Of a stretch of 64,000 bases of DNA, positions 23,711 through 37,084 are shown one piece after another. The notes below the pieces were generated by a model, which was not told where the DNA came from, made no database searches, and saw only the letters and a program-made list of their open reading frames with translations. Origin of the DNA: Mobula hypostoma (taxonomy: Eukaryota); contig NC_086097.1 in assembly GCF_963921235.1 (NCBI RefSeq), positions 170,254,001-170,318,000 on the forward strand. The letters are read 5' to 3'. Each line of letters starts with the position of its first letter. Position 1 is the stretch's first letter. The position numbers and the translations under genes were made by a program.

Positions 23711-25545
23711 TGAACAGCAAGTGAAAAAAATAGTCTTGCACATGCAGACTATTGAGTTACAAAATGATAGCAAATGGAAGAATTGATAGGTTCATAAAGA
23801 GTGAGTACCAGGTGATAATAATCATAAAAATAATAATCTTACAAGAAAGCATTCAAAAATGAATCCTAACTGAAGCATATTTACATTTGAAGGAGCAGTT
23901 GAAATCATAGAAATGTAACTGAGTTTCAATCAGGAATGAAATGAGCATGAACAAAATTGCAAAGTCTAAAGAGAAACTGGCTAGCTGAAGAAATTGTGTT
24001 ACTGTTGTGGCAGGGAATACATTCACCAGACAAATGCAGGTTTATAGGTGAAACTTACACAAAATGTCGGGCAGGCAAAAATTAATGGACAGTACAGGAA
24101 AGAGATAAAGATAAAATGTCAAGTTGCAGTTTCAGAAAGAGCACTAATCTGCACATTGTTGATGAAAAATCTAATAATGATGATAGTGATACAGGACCGT
24201 GTAGTCTTGAGATTTACGGTGTGAAAATCAGCAATAGACAAGCAATAGGGCTTATGACGAAGCCAACAGCAAATTAATTAAAATGGAATTGGATACTGGC
24301 TCAGTGTGGGAATGACATATGTAACTGTGAAATACAAGGCACAGTGATCTTGTAGCTAGTAAAAACAGAAGGACTAGCATTGGAGGGACATGATTGGATG
24401 AGACATCTATGACTTTAATGGAGATGCATCTACTAACTGCATAGCGCAGCCCCTGCAATAGAATCAACTGAAAGCAAATTAAGAAAAGTAATGGATAATG
24501 ACACAGCAGTGTTCAAGGATGGCATTGGAAAACCCATTTATATCAAGGGTAAAATAGTGTTAAATGAAAATGCGACACCCAAGTTTTGCAAAGTCCATCT
24601 GGTTCCTTATACCATTCATGATAAAGTAGCCAGTGAGCCAAGTCTCATGGAGGCTGAAGGAATTCTTTCCAAGGTTAAGTGGAGCCCATTGGCAACACTA
24701 GTGGTCCCAGTAGCCAAGAATAAGGGGTCTGTCAGGATCTGTGGTGATCTTAAGTTCACCATCAACCGAGTACTGTAAGTAAATCAATACCCTCCGCCCA
24801 GGATAGAGGATATCTTTGCAAATCTTTCTGGAGGGAAACACTTCAGTAAAGTGGACCTAGCTGAGGTCTACTTGCAGATGGAAAAGGAAGAATAGTCCAT
24901 CTCCAAGAAGAGCAGTATGCAGGACAAACAGTTGAGACAAATTGATGGCTTTTCGGATAAGGAAGTTCAATATTTCACTGCTGGACAAGCAATTCTGATA
25001 AGAGACTAGAGAGGTCATCAAAAGTGGATACTCGGAAAGATTAAGGATAGTGGAGATCACTCCCCTAAACAGTGAAGATTGCATCTGATATCTTCTGGAG
25101 CTGACACAGTGATCGGTTGAGGAGAGAAGAGCCGATTGCTAGAAAGGAAAGTTGGCTAACACTATTAGAACCATTTCCTGCAGTCTCAGAGTCGACTCCT
25201 GCAACTACCATGGAGAAGGCCCCAGAAACTGAGATTGTTTCACAGCCAGAAGTCTCACCTGCCAAGCAGAATGATCCCCCTTTTCAGGAAGGATATTATC
25301 ATACAAGAGTAAAAAATCTTCCACTGTGATTAAATATTTAGGCCTGAATGGGACAATTTAAAATTTATTACACTTTGGAAGTCTGTATTTAGTAGTTATA
25401 TTACATAATATATAGTGTAGATATTTCAGTTATATTTGAGTAATCTTGCATATATATTGGTTGATTAAGCATTCTTGTTTGTTTAAATAATCTGTTATGG
25501 GTTATATGTGTAAATATGCAAATTGCATACAGCATCACACCATTT
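23711..25545 (+). mobile_element. Gypsy LTR retrotransposon internal remnant (gag knuckle, protease, RT N-terminus, integrase C-terminus, partial LTR)
   Basis: tgttactgttgtggcagg (CYCCGR knuckle); KMELDTGS protease; ATPKFCK...VVPVAKNKGSVRICGDLKFTINRVL, YPPPRIEDIFANLSGGKHFSKVDL; stops and large deletions. Confidence 0.88.
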
Positions 25546-26784
25546 TGATTTCAAAGTTTAAGAGAAGTTTGTATAGATACGTGGAGAGGAGGGGTATGGT
25601 CCGGGTGCAGATTGATGTGACTAGACAGTTTAAATGATTCAGCATGGACTAGATGGGCCCAAGGGTCTGTTTCTGTGCTGTAGTTTACTATGACTCTATA
25701 GTGCAACAACCAGAACTGCACCTAAAACTCATCATGTTCTCTAACCCACGTGGCTGATCATTATCAGAATTCAATTTTTGGTTATTCTCTGCCCCACTTA
25801 GCCCTGGGGTCCACAACTCTGTAGCAAGTTCCTCTAGCTGCAGGTAATACGATAATCTCATTTTCTTTAATTAACCTAGAACTTTCTACAAGTCTCTGCT
25901 TTGCCCAATAGTTTCCTTTTAGGACTACTGCCTTCCATGACATTAACAACTTCTTTAATGGACAGTCACTGCCATCCTGAAAGGGTTGTTATCTTCCACA
26001 ACATACCTGTTAATTGACATCTCTTTCATTCAACATATTCAGGTTGAATCCTCTTTGTCTTTTTGCATTAAACTGGGCATTGTTACTCAGGATATTGAAG
26101 CAGTATTATTTGCCTAATGTTTGCAGTTGATAGAACTATACTCACAACTAACAGTATCCTCAAACATACAATAAAACTTCTCCATTCAATAAGATAGCTT
26201 GTTTCGGTGTCATGAAGAATTTATTTGAATCCAAAGAGCAGGAGTTTAGCTTGTCTTTACTCCTGACATTTCTTCAACTATTGATTTCAGGCCTGATGTT
26301 ATCACATTTAGATTGAAGTAGCAGACAACCATTGTCAATTTTTGCTTGATTGACTGCTCAATATCAATAGACTCACGTCCTGTGTCATTCCAGATCAAAG
26401 TTCCAATTGCATGTTGTACTCCCTAGTAGCCTGCTAGTTAAAGGCTCAGAAGTCACAAGAGACTGTAGATGTTTTAGGAACTCTAAAGGTTAGCCAGCAT
26501 CTTTAGAGGGAAATGGAGTGTGGACACCTTGGGTCTCTTTCTTACCAGTTCTGATGAAGGGTCGTGACCCAAGCATAAACTAATTGGTAATTTGGCCCAT
26601 ATTGCTAAACAGGTGAGGAAGTACTCCATGTTTCTCCTGTTCTCATTTGGCCTTCAGCTTTCAGATATCTAATAGTTTTAATGGCTTTCTGAATGCTCTG
26701 CTTGCACTTTAGTCAGACTTTGGTCAGCGATTCCCAAGTACCCCTTCTTTTCAGAGAGGCTTTCAGAACATCCATTGAACCATT

Positions 26785-27245
26785 TACCATTCCTGGTAAA
26801 TAACTTTATTATTGCCGCATGCACTAATTTACTATGAAAGACTTTGTTTTGCACGATCATTTCACTGAGGTAGTACAAGGGAAAACAATATCAGAATGCA
26901 GAACCAGTGGTATAGTCACAGAGAAAGTGCATTGCAGGCAGATTGGAAGATGCAATGCCACAATGAAGTCGATTGTGAAGCGAAGAATCTGTCCTTTTGA
27001 ACTAGAGGCCAATTCTGTAGTCTTAAAAACAACAGGATGGAAGCTGTCCATGAAGTTGGTGATACATGTGCTCAAACATTTGAATCTTCTGGCTGATAGG
27101 AGAAGGGAGAAGAGGGCATGTCCAGCATGGATGGAGTCCTTGATTATGTTTTATCAAGGCAGTGAGCAGTGTAGTAGAGTCCATGGAGCGGAGAACAGTT
27201 TCGGTGATGTGTTGAGCAGTTTCCACAACTCTTTGATAATGCGTA
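26785..27245 (-). mobile_element. Rex1-type LINE 3' end
   Basis: QRVVETAQHITETVLRSMD and TCITNFMDSFHPVV in minus-strand ORFs. Confidence 0.7.
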
Positions 27246-27249
27246 GAAG

Positions 27250-27800
27250 ATAGACACAGGAATGCCACAGGACTAGGCCCTTTGGCCCATGATGTTGTCC
27301 TGAACTAATTAAACTAGTGATTAAACACCGAAGTAAACTAATCCCTGCTCCCTACATATATTTCTCTTTCTCTGTATATTCATGTACCTAGGTAAGAGCC
27401 TTTTAATCACTTCGATCATATTTTCTCCAGCACCACCCTGGCAATGCTTTCCTGGCACCCTTCATTCTCTGCATAAAGAAAATGTCTCACTCATCTTACC
27501 CACACCAGCTCCACTTAAATGCAATATTAGACATTCTGACCTTGAGATAAAGACACCCGTTGTCTATGCTTCTCATAATCTTATAAACTTCTATGAGGTC
27601 TTCCCTCAGCCCCTGCCACTCAAGGATAAACATCTTAAGTTTGTCCACCATCTACTTTTAACACATGCCCTATAATTCAGGCAGCATTCTGGTAAATCTC
27701 TTCTGTGGCCTCTCCAAAGCCCTCATGTCCTTCCGATAATGGAGTGACCAGAACAGAATGCATTACTCCAGACATGGCCAAACCCGAGTTTTATATTTTT
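27250..27800 (-). mobile_element. CR1 3' fragment
   Basis: acaggaatgccacaggactaggccctttggccca ... ctcataatcttataaacttctatgaggtc ... tgaccagaacagaatgcattactccag. Confidence 0.7.
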
Positions 27801-28044
27801 TATACAATATATAAACCAGTGTTTTATGTAATGAAGGGCATGAATAGGTACTTGCCTTGGGTGTCTGTGCTGGGCAGTGAGTGATAGAGCTGTTCGTCTG
27901 GACATTTTCAGAACCTTAGTACTGGAGATGTTGATCTCAGGGGCTGGGGAACACTGACAATAATTTGCTTATCCTCTCAGTGGATTTTTAGAACCAAGAT
28001 TGGTGACATAGCCCCAATGCTTTGAAATGGATTCTGTAAGTAGT

Positions 28045-28378
28045 TTCAATTTCTCAAACTTCCAGTAATGCTCCCCACACCCCCCACCTCACCATTTCCC
28101 ATCCCCTTTTCTGTCTCTCACCTTATCTCCTTGCCTGCACGTCACCTTCCTCTGGTGCTCCTCTCTCCTTTTCCTTCCTTCCATAGCCATCTACCTCTTT
28201 CATCTATCAACTTCCCAGCTCTTTACTTCATCCCCAACCCCCTCCCAGTTTCACCCATCGCCTTGTGTTTCTCTCTTCCCTCTCCCCACCTTTTAAGTCT
28301 ACTCCTCAGCTTTTTTTCTCCAGTCCTGCCAAAGGGTTTCGGCCCGAAACATCAACTGCATCTGCAGATTTTCTCTTG
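28045..28378 (+). mobile_element. Penelope-like 3' end (ORF stop + pLTR) with degenerate hammerhead
   Basis: ttcaatttctcaaacttccagtaa (FNFSNFQ*), C/T-rich tract, then cagtcctgccaaagggtttcggcccgaaacatcaactg. Confidence 0.75.
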
Positions 28379-28559
28379 TCTGGAAGTAGTTCTTATATCC
28401 ATTTGGGTGGCAATCACAGCTGTCTGGTAGCTTGGGGTCTTAATCTTTAAACATTCTTTTCCTCAGATGGTTAAAGGCTGTGTTGGGGGCAGTGTTGAAT
28501 TTCATTATTTATATTATTTTCTTGTATGGCTAGATATCTAATTAATATCTTGAAGGAGT

Positions 28560-29780
28560 TTTTAAGCTTCCAGACCTTGACCTCAATACCTCCCTGTGCA
28601 ATTGTATTCTCAATTTCCCCACTTGCAGACGCTAGTCTGTTCAGATTGGCAACAACATCTCCTCCAAATTCTCCATCAGCACAGGTGCACCACAAGGCTT
28701 GTGCTTTGCCATCTGCGCTACTTGCTTCCCACCGATGACTGTGTGGCTAAGCTCAGCTCCAATGCTATATTTAAGTTTGCTGATGACACCACTGTCATAG
28801 GCCGAATCAAAGGTGGTGATGAATCAGGAAATAGGAAGGAGATTGAAAATCTGGATGAGTGGTGCCACAACAACAGTATCTTACTCAATGCTAGCAAGAG
28901 CAAGGAGCTGATTATTGACTTCAGGCAAAGGAAACCAGATGTCCATGAGATAGCTCTCATCAAAGGATCAGAGGTGGAAAGGATCAGCAACTTCAAATTC
29001 CTTGGCTTTATCATTTTGGAAGACCTGTCCTGGGCCCAGAACATAAATGTAATTATGAAGAAAGCACGGCAGCACCTCTACTTCCTTAGGAGTTTGCAAA
29101 GATTTGGCTTGACATCTAAAACTTTGACAAACTTCTATAGATGTGTGGTGGAGAATATAATGACTGGCTGCATCACAACCTGGTATGGAAACACCAATGC
29201 TCTTGATGGGAAATTCCTACAAAAAGTAGAGGATATGGTCCAGACCATCAGGGGTAAAACCCTCCCCACCTTTGAGCACATCTACAAGGAGTGTGTTGTA
29301 GAAAAACAGCATCCATCATCAAGGACCCCACCACTGAGTTCATGCTCTCTTCTCACTGCTGCCATCAGGAAGAAGGTACAGGAGCCTCAGGACTCACTCT
29401 ACAAAGTTCAGGAATAGTTGTTACCCCTCAAGCATCAGGCTCTTGAACCATAAGGGGTAACTTCACTCATCTTCACTTGCCCTATCACTGAAATGTTCGC
29501 ACAAACAATGGACTCACTTTCAAGGACACTTCATCTCACGTGCTAGATAGTTATTGCTTCTTTATTATTTATGATTATTTATTTCTTTTTGTATTTTCTC
29601 AGTTTGTTGTTGTTTACATATTGGTTTGACACCCAAGTTGATGTGGTCTTTCATTGATTCTATTATGGTTATTATTCTATTGTGTATTTATTGAGTATGC
29701 CCAGAAAAAAATTAATCTTTGGGTTGTATTTTGTGACATATATGTACTTTGATAATGAATTTACTTAGAACTTTGAAGTT
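28560..29780 (+). mobile_element. Rex1/Babar LINE, RT C-terminal half and 3' UTR
   Basis: ORF 28596..29417: DCVAKLSSNAIFKFADDTTVIG...WCHNN...KSKELIIDFR...FKFLG...KKARQHLYFLR...CITTWYGN. Confidence 0.92.
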
Positions 29781-30054
29781 ATTTAATATGCACATAGAAT
29801 TAGTTACTGCTATTGTTGTTGGGCACTCAGTTGTGAGAAGGTTCCTATTAATAATTTTGTCCTGAACTCAAGGACAGAAAGCATTTGTCTCTCAGTGTTA
29901 ACTCTTAGGGTGCCAAACTTAACGTTACAGGAAAATTGTACTATAAGTGCAGTAAAAACCACTGAGATTGATTCAGATAGTTTATTGTCATATACACCAA
30001 GGTGCAATGAAATGCCTTGCTCTGTCAGAAGTAGTGGAAAAGAAATGTTAAGTA

Positions 30055-30340
30055 ACCTGAAAGCACATACCACCAGGCTCAAGTTCAGCTTCTTTCCCAC
30101 TGTATCAGACACCTGAATGGACCTCTTGTACAATAAGATGGACCTTTGACCTCACAATGACCTCGTTATGATCTTGCACTTCATCATTTATCTGCACTGC
30201 ACCTTTTCTATGGCTCTTATACTTGATTTTGCATAGTTATTTTACCTTATTCTACCTCAATGCACTGTGTAATGACTGGATCCTGTATGAACAGTATGCA
30301 AGACAAGTCTTACATGTGACATAATAAACCAATACCAAGA
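30055..30340 (+). mobile_element. Rex1-type 3' end
   Basis: LKAHTTRLKFSFFPTV, then 3' UTR ending acatgtgacataataaaccaatacc. Confidence 0.7.
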
Positions 30341-30589
30341 ATAGAAAATAACCAAGAGGGGTAGAATTACTATTCTGAGAATGAAGTAGCACCACAGGGA
30401 AGGGGATGTGAAAGAGGTGATTAGTTCAGAATTGCTTCAAGCTCCAATATCTTCTCCCAGAAGGTAGAGCAGAGAAAAGTGAATGGTCAGGTTGACAGAC
30501 ATTCTTGTTGATACTGTTACTCTTCCTGAAGCAACACACCTTGTAGTTGGACTGGATGGAAGAAAGTGGTGAATCTGTGATGGAGTGGA

Positions 30590-31078
30590 CTTTCAGTTTG
30601 GATGAAAGATCTCGACCCCAAACGTCTACTTCCCTCCCTAGATACTGCCTGACCTTTTGAGTTCTTCCAGCACTTTATGTGCATTAGGGAAGGGAGAAGG
30701 CTGGATTTGGGAGACAGAGCTGGTGAGTTATGGGTGGAAATAGATAAGGAAAAATAACAATAGGACACGATTACCACATGGGGGAGGAAAAGTCAAACAT
30801 AGAGACAGAGGTTGGAAGGTGATAAGAGGAACCAAAATGGGATGAACAGGAAGGCTAAGCAAAGGAAGAAGAAACCACAGTGGACAGATGCGTGGGTGAT
30901 GGGCAGATGGAAGAGGGAAAGTAATGCTGCCTAGCAAAGTTATCCATTGACACAGCAGATTCTGAAGATGCTGACGATCTTAAGCAACAAACGCAAAATG
31001 TGGGAGGAGCTCAACAGGTCAGGCAGCATCTATGGGAAGGAGTAAACAAGTGACATTTTGGGCTCTTCATCAGGACTC
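30590..31078. mobile_element. Old Penelope-like pLTR fragments in both orientations
   Basis: Plus: ggatgaaagatctcgaccccaaacgtctact...gatactgcctgacc. Minus: purine-rich tract and gcagcatctatgg...ctcttcatcaggact. Confidence 0.6.
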
Positions 31079-33026
31079 TTTGTACGTTTTTCTTTTAACT
31101 TGAGTGCTTTTACCTGTAAGATTGTGGGGTGCTTTTCATACATTGAAGTTAAAGTAGGTTATGAGTTGTTTATGAGTTAGGGAATGAGTGTTGATAGTCA
31201 GCAAGTTGAAGCAAGGTCTGGCGATGTCATATAGGTGGGAATAGATGTTCTTGGAAACAGCCTGGACACCTGCTTGTTCTACCATGCATTGGTAAAGTTG
31301 TCGTTAGAATAGCCAAAGGGCTTATCTTGACAGTCAAGGAAGTTGCCATGGTTTCCATACCTTTCAATTTCACAGTTTATCTCTTGCTTTCACACACTTT
31401 CTCCTTCTCACAAATAGCTGCCAGTTAATGCCAAGGGTGTTGACATCAAAAGAATCAAACCCACATCAAAGAGAAGGAATGAGCATCCCTGTTATTTACC
31501 ATCTGCCCTGCATCAATAGAAGGGTGTCTGAACCTCTGAGGACCACACCCAGACCTTACTTCCAGAATATTGCAACACCCTGCTCTTACCTTCCCTTAGT
31601 CTGAGAGGAGGAAGACACATTGAGTACACAGTAAGGGATCTTTTAGTTATCACTCCTGAGGCAGCTTTCATTCAATATGTGTTGTTCTGTAAAGGTGTGC
31701 TCCTCACTACAGTTACTTGCTGAGAATAATCAGTGACAGAGGACAGTAGTGATATTTGTAGAGTTATAGAGTCATAGTGAAGTACAGCACAGAAACAGGA
31801 CATTCAGCCCATCTAATCCATGCCAAAACTATTTAAATTGCTCACTCCCTTCGACCTGCACCAGGACCATAGCCCACTATACCCCAACCATCCATCTGCC
31901 TATCCAAACTTCAATTGGACTTTGAAATTGAGCTCGCGTGGATCACTTGTGCTGGCGGCTCATTCCACACTCTCACGACCCTCTGAGTGAAGAGATTTCC
32001 CCTCATGTTTTCCTTAAGCTTCTCACCTTTCACCCTTAATTCATGTCCTTTGATTGTAGTCCCCCCCAACCTCAGCAGAATAAGCCTGCTTGCATTTACC
32101 CCATCTATGCCCCTCATAATTTTGTATATCTCTATCAAATCTCCTCTCAATCTTCTACATTCTAAAGAATACAGTCTTAACCTGTTCAATCTTTCTTTAT
32201 AGCTCTGGTCCTCCAGACCTAGTAATTTCTTTGTAAATTTTCTCTGCACTCATTCAAACTTGTTTACACCTTTCCTGTTGGTAGGTGACCAAAATTGCAT
32301 ACAATACTTCAAATTAGGCTTCACCAATGTCTTGTACAACTTCAACATAATATCCCATCTTCTGTACTCAATACATTGATTTATGAAGGCCAATGTGTGA
32401 AAAGCTTTCTTTATGACCTTATCTACTTGTGACACCACTTTCAATGAATTATGGACCTGTATTCCCAGATCCCTTTGTTCCACCACTCTCCTCAGTGCCC
32501 TACCATTCACTGTGTAAGGCCTGCCCTGGTTAGTTCTACCGAAGTGCAAAATCTGCCATTTTTTCAGCCCATTTTTCCAGCTGATGCAGATCCCTCGGCA
32601 GGCCATGATAGCCTTCCTCACTGTCCACTACACCCCAATCTTGGTGACAAACTTGCTGACCCAATTAACCACATTATCATTCAGATCTCTGATATAGTTG
32701 ACAAACGACAATGGACACAGCAGCGATTCCTGTCGTACTTCACTAGTCACAGGCCTCAGTCAGAGAGGCAACCCTCTAGTACCATCCACTGGCTTCTCCC
32801 ACAAAGCCATTATCTAATCCAATTTACTACCTCACCTTGGATACTGAGCGACTGAACTTTCTTGACCTGCTTCCCACGCGGGACTGTGTTGAATACCTTA
32901 CTAAAGTCCATGTAGGCAACATCCTTTGCCTTGCATTCATCCATTTTCCTGGTGACTTCCTTGAAAATCTCTATAAAATTTATTAGACATAACCGACCAT
33001 GCAGAAGCCATGCTGACTATTCTTAA

Positions 33027-33154
33027 ACAACAGGAATTCTGCAGATGTTGGAAATTCAAGCAACACACATCAAAGTTGCTGGTGAACGCAGCAGGCCAGG
33101 CAGCATCTGTAGGAAGAGGTGCAGTTGACGTTTCAGGCTGAGACCCTTCGTCAG
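33027..33154 (-). mobile_element. Penelope-derived hammerhead mini-element, 12-bp TSD
   Basis: GACTATTCTTAA at 33015-33026 and 33155-33166. Near-identical to 18180-18313. Confidence 0.85.
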
Positions 33155-33159
33155 GACTA
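33122..33159 (-). ncRNA. Minimal type I hammerhead motif
   Basis: Minus strand TAGTC-CTGACGA-AGG(gtctcag)CCT-GAA-ACGT-C-AACTG; one mismatch in stem I. Confidence 0.65.
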
Positions 33160-34257
33160 TTCTTAATCGGTCCATGTCTATCCAAGTACCTATATATCTG
33201 GTCCCTTAGGATACCTTCCAACAACTTTTCCACAACTGATGTCAGACTGATTGGCCTATAATTTTTTGGTTTCTGTTTAGATCCTCTACTAAATACAGAG
33301 GCAAATATTGCATTTAAGATCTCCCCCATCTGTTTTGGCTCCACACATGGATTACCATTCTGATCTTCCAGAGGACCAGTTTTGTCCCTTGCAGTCCTTT
33401 TGCTCTTACCATATCTGTAGAAACCCTTAGGATACTCCTTCATTCTGTCTGTTAGAACAACTTCATGCTTTCTTTTAGCCTTCCTGATTTCTTTCTTAAA
33501 TGTTCTCTTAGAATTCTTGTACTCCATAAAAACCTCATTTGTTCCTACTTGCCTACACCAGCTATGCACCTCCTTTTTCTCTTAACCTGGGCCTCCATAC
33601 CTCTTGAAAACCAAGGTTCTCTACATGTGTTATCTTCACCTTTTATTCTGACAGTACATACAAGCTTTGGACTCTCAAAATTTCGTCTTTGAAGGCCTCC
33701 CACTTTCCAAGTACACCTTTGCCAGAAACAGCCTGTCCCTATCGACACTTGCAAGATCATTTCTGATACCATCAAAATTGACCTTTCTCCAATTTAGAAA
33801 CTTAACCACAGACCAGACCTACCTTTTTGCATATTTGCTTTGAAACTACTGGTGTTGTGGTCACTGGATGTAAAGTGTTCCCCTACATAAAAATCTGTCA
33901 CCTGCCTGTCTCATTCCCTAATAGTGTCCAGTATCCAGCATCACACACTCTCTGGTTGGGACTTCTATGGGCTGATGAAGGAAACTTTTCTGAACACATT
34001 TGACAAATTCCATCCCAGCTAGTCCTTTTACAGTATGGGATTCCCAGTCAATATATGGAAAGTTAAAATGATCTACTATACTAACCAGACACAAATGAAG
34101 ATACAATGTTTTAGATTCAGAATTAGAATCAGATTTATTATCATTGACATATGCCATGGAATTTGTTTTGCAGCAGTAGTACTGTGTAAAGATTTACAAT
34201 TACTACAAAAATTACAATTAAAATAAATAGAACCAAAAATAAAAGGAATATTGAGGT

Positions 34258-35575
34258 ATTGAATTGAATTGAATTGACTTTATTACTTACATCCTTCATA
34301 CACACGAGGAATAAAATTCTTTACGTTACGACTCTGTCCAAATGTGCAACATGCAATTTATAGTAATTTATAATAAATAGTCTGTGCAACAGGACAGTCA
34401 ATATAACATAGAAATACAGTTGTGTCAGCATGAAGTAACCAATTTGATGGCCTGGTGGAAGGAGCTGTCCCAGAGTCTGTTGGTCCTGGCTTTTATGCTG
34501 CGGTACCATTTCCGGGAAGGTAGCAGCTGGAACAGTTTGTAGTTGGGGTGACTCCGTTCCCCAATGATCCTTCGGGCCCTTTTTACACACCTGTCTTTGT
34601 AAATGTCCTGAATAGTGGGAAACTCACACCTACAGATGCACTGGGCTGTCCGCACCACTCTCTGCCGAGTCCTGCGATTAAGGGAGGTACAGTTCCAATA
34701 CTAGGCAGTGATGCAGCCAGTCAGGATGCCCTCAATTGTGTCCCTATAGAAAGTTCTTTGGATGTGGGGGCCCATACCAAACCTCTTCAACTGTATGAGA
34801 TGCAAGAGAAGCTCTTGTGCATTTTTCACCACACAGCCGGTATGTACGGACCACCCGAGATCCTCGATGACTGTTTATACCGAGAAACTTAAAGCTGTTC
34901 ACCCTCTCAACCCCAGATCCATTGATGTCAATGCCTGTCTCCATTCCTCCTGTAATCCACAACCAGCTCCTTTGTTTTTACAACTTTGAGGGAGGGGTTG
35001 TTTTCTTGACAGCAATGTTTCAGGGTGATGACTTCTCTGTAGGCTGCCTCATTATCAATTGAGATTAGGCCAATCAATGTAGTGTCATCGGCAAATTTAA
35101 TTAGCAGATTAGAGCTGTGGGTGGCGACACAGTCATAGGTACACAGAGAGTAAAGGAGAAGGCTTAGTACACAGCTCTGAGGGGCATCTGTGTTGAGAGT
35201 CAGAGGGACAGAGGTGAGGGAGCCCACTCTCACCAACTGCCAGTGATCCGACAGGCAAGTCCTGATCCAGCTACACAAGGCAAGGTGAAGGTCGAGGTCT
35301 CTGAGCTTCTTGTCAAGCCTGGAGGGAATTATGGCATTGAATACTGAACTGTAGTCCAAGAACAGCATTCTCATATAAGCAGCCTTTTTCTCCAGTTGTG
35401 TAAGGACAGTGTGTACAGCTGTGGCTATTGTGTCATCTGTCGATCGGTTGTGTCGGTAGGAGAACTGTAGGGGGTTCAGTGTGGGTGGTAGCAAGCTGCA
35501 GATGTAGTCCTTGACCAGTCTCTCAAAGCATTTGCTTACTATTGAGGTGAGTGAGACAGGATGCCAGTTGTTCAT
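34258..35575 (-). mobile_element. Young Rex1/Babar LINE (RT to tail)
   Basis: ORF 34928..35575: PVSLTSIVSKCFERLV, RMLFLDYSSVFN, APQSCVLS, IKFADDTTLIG; (gaatt)n antisense tail. Confidence 0.93.
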
Positions 35576-35699
35576 GAACTGCTTTGAAATCTGATGACAG
35601 AGGGTAAGATGCTGTTTCTGAATTGTTCAATATGGGCCTTTGGGCTCCTTTACCTCCTCCATGATGTTTGTAATAAGAAAAGGTCATGCCCTTAATGTC

Positions 35700-36420
35700 T
35701 GCAAAACAAAAGATCTGGTCAGTGACTTCAGGCCAGGGAGTGCGAGTGGGAATGTATGGTGCACGTGCTATTGTTTACACTAACAGTATGGAGGTTGGGA
35801 ACTTCAGCTTCCTAGGTGTGAACATCACCAATGCTTCTATTTCCTCAGGAGTTCAAAGAAATTTGGCATATCCCCATTGTCCCATAACAACTTTTATTGA
35901 TATAGAAAGCATCCTATCAGGATGCATAATGGCTATGTTTAGTAACTACTCTGCACAGGACTGCAAGACCGCAGAGAGCTGTGGACACTGTTCAGCATGT
36001 CACAGAAATCAACCTCTCCTCCTTAGACTCTGTCTATAGTTCTCACTATGAATTCAAGCAGCTGGCATAATCAAAGGCCCCATCCATATTGGACATTCTC
36101 CCTTCTTCTCTCTCTCATGAGGCAAAAGATACAAAGGCCTGAAAACACTTACCACCAGGCTCCAGGACTGCTTCTATCCGACTATGAGAAGACTACCGCG
36201 TAGTCAGTCCCCTGGGATGGTAAAATGAACTGTTGTTCTCACAATCTACCTCATTATGATCTTTCACCTCATTGTTTCCTTTCTCTGTGGCTGTTACACT
36301 TCATTCTACATTCTGTTATCGTTTTACTGCCCCAATGCACTATGTAATGAATTGATCTGTATGAACAGTATACAAGACAAGCCTATCACTGTAACTTGGT
36401 ATAGATGGCAAATATGAACA
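35700..36420 (+). mobile_element. Rex1-type LINE 3' part
   Basis: NFSFLGVNITN and IESILSGCIMA in ORF 35686..36039, plus Rex1 3' UTR. Confidence 0.75.
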
Positions 36421-37084
36421 AATTCCAATCAATCCCAGTTCCAACTTGCATGTTTCTGTGATGTGGGAGAAAACCCAGAGCATCCAGGGAATGGACAACT
36501 GCAAACTCCACGTAGTCAGCACTGGAGGTGAGGAGTGAACCCAGGTGACTAGAGCTGGCAAGTAGCAGCCTTCTCCACTGTGCTATTGTGCAGACACAAT
36601 GGGCTGAATGGCCTCCTAGAGTGTGATAACTATACCATAATTGTGTGAGGTAGCTACCTCTTCTGCCTATGGTGCTGTCTACATCAGAAGCATTCCAGAA
36701 TCAGAATCAGGTTTATCATCATGTATCAGTGATGATATGTGTTGTTTAGCTAGGCAGGTCACAGAAGATGTGGGGAGGGGGAGCATTCAGTGAGGGTGGT
36801 GGGTGTGGGGGGGGGTGTGGGATAGCCTCTTCCTATTTGTTAAATTGACAGCTCACCTCCAGAACAATGGTGGGTGTGAGGGGGTGGGTCACTGTGCCTG
36901 GCAGGTTATTGAATTGTTACTGCCTGATATGGCGAAGTTGTAACTGGTTGACAAGTGCAGCACATCAGGTTTGCTAGATGTAATTAGAACTGTCAAACAA
37001 GTAAAACCTAGCCTCCTCCCTTCTTGATCAAGATGTAGCAATGTGCAATGCCCTGATGCAATTTATGATACACCAAAACAAAAA

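Larger units (their letters stand above)
18950..25700 (+). mobile_element. Near full-length decayed CR1 split by an antisense CR1 (19761-22495) and a Gypsy remnant (23711-25545)
   Basis: ORF1 esterase (DGLHLNWRGTNILAGRF), endonuclease (GDFNFP-like, GEHFASSDHN), RT (GPDKVFPRTL, LVRPNLYYCVQF), 3' tail ...gtttactatgactctata at ~25700. Confidence 0.8.
31763..34085 (-). mobile_element. CR1 ORF2 (endonuclease to 3' tail), same family as 18950-25700
   Basis: DHFNFPYIDWE; NYRPISLTSVVEKLLE; LYKTLVKPNLKYCMQFWSP; RRLRGDLIEIYKIM; antisense tail gttatagagtcatag. Confidence 0.9.

Noticed and set aside
28321..28358. Active hammerhead
   Set aside because: Core mutated (CTGCCAA instead of CTGANGA; ACAT instead of ACGT); treated as a relic.
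28596..29417. 273-aa ORF as a host gene
   Set aside because: Rex1 reverse-transcriptase fragment, frameshifted at both ends.
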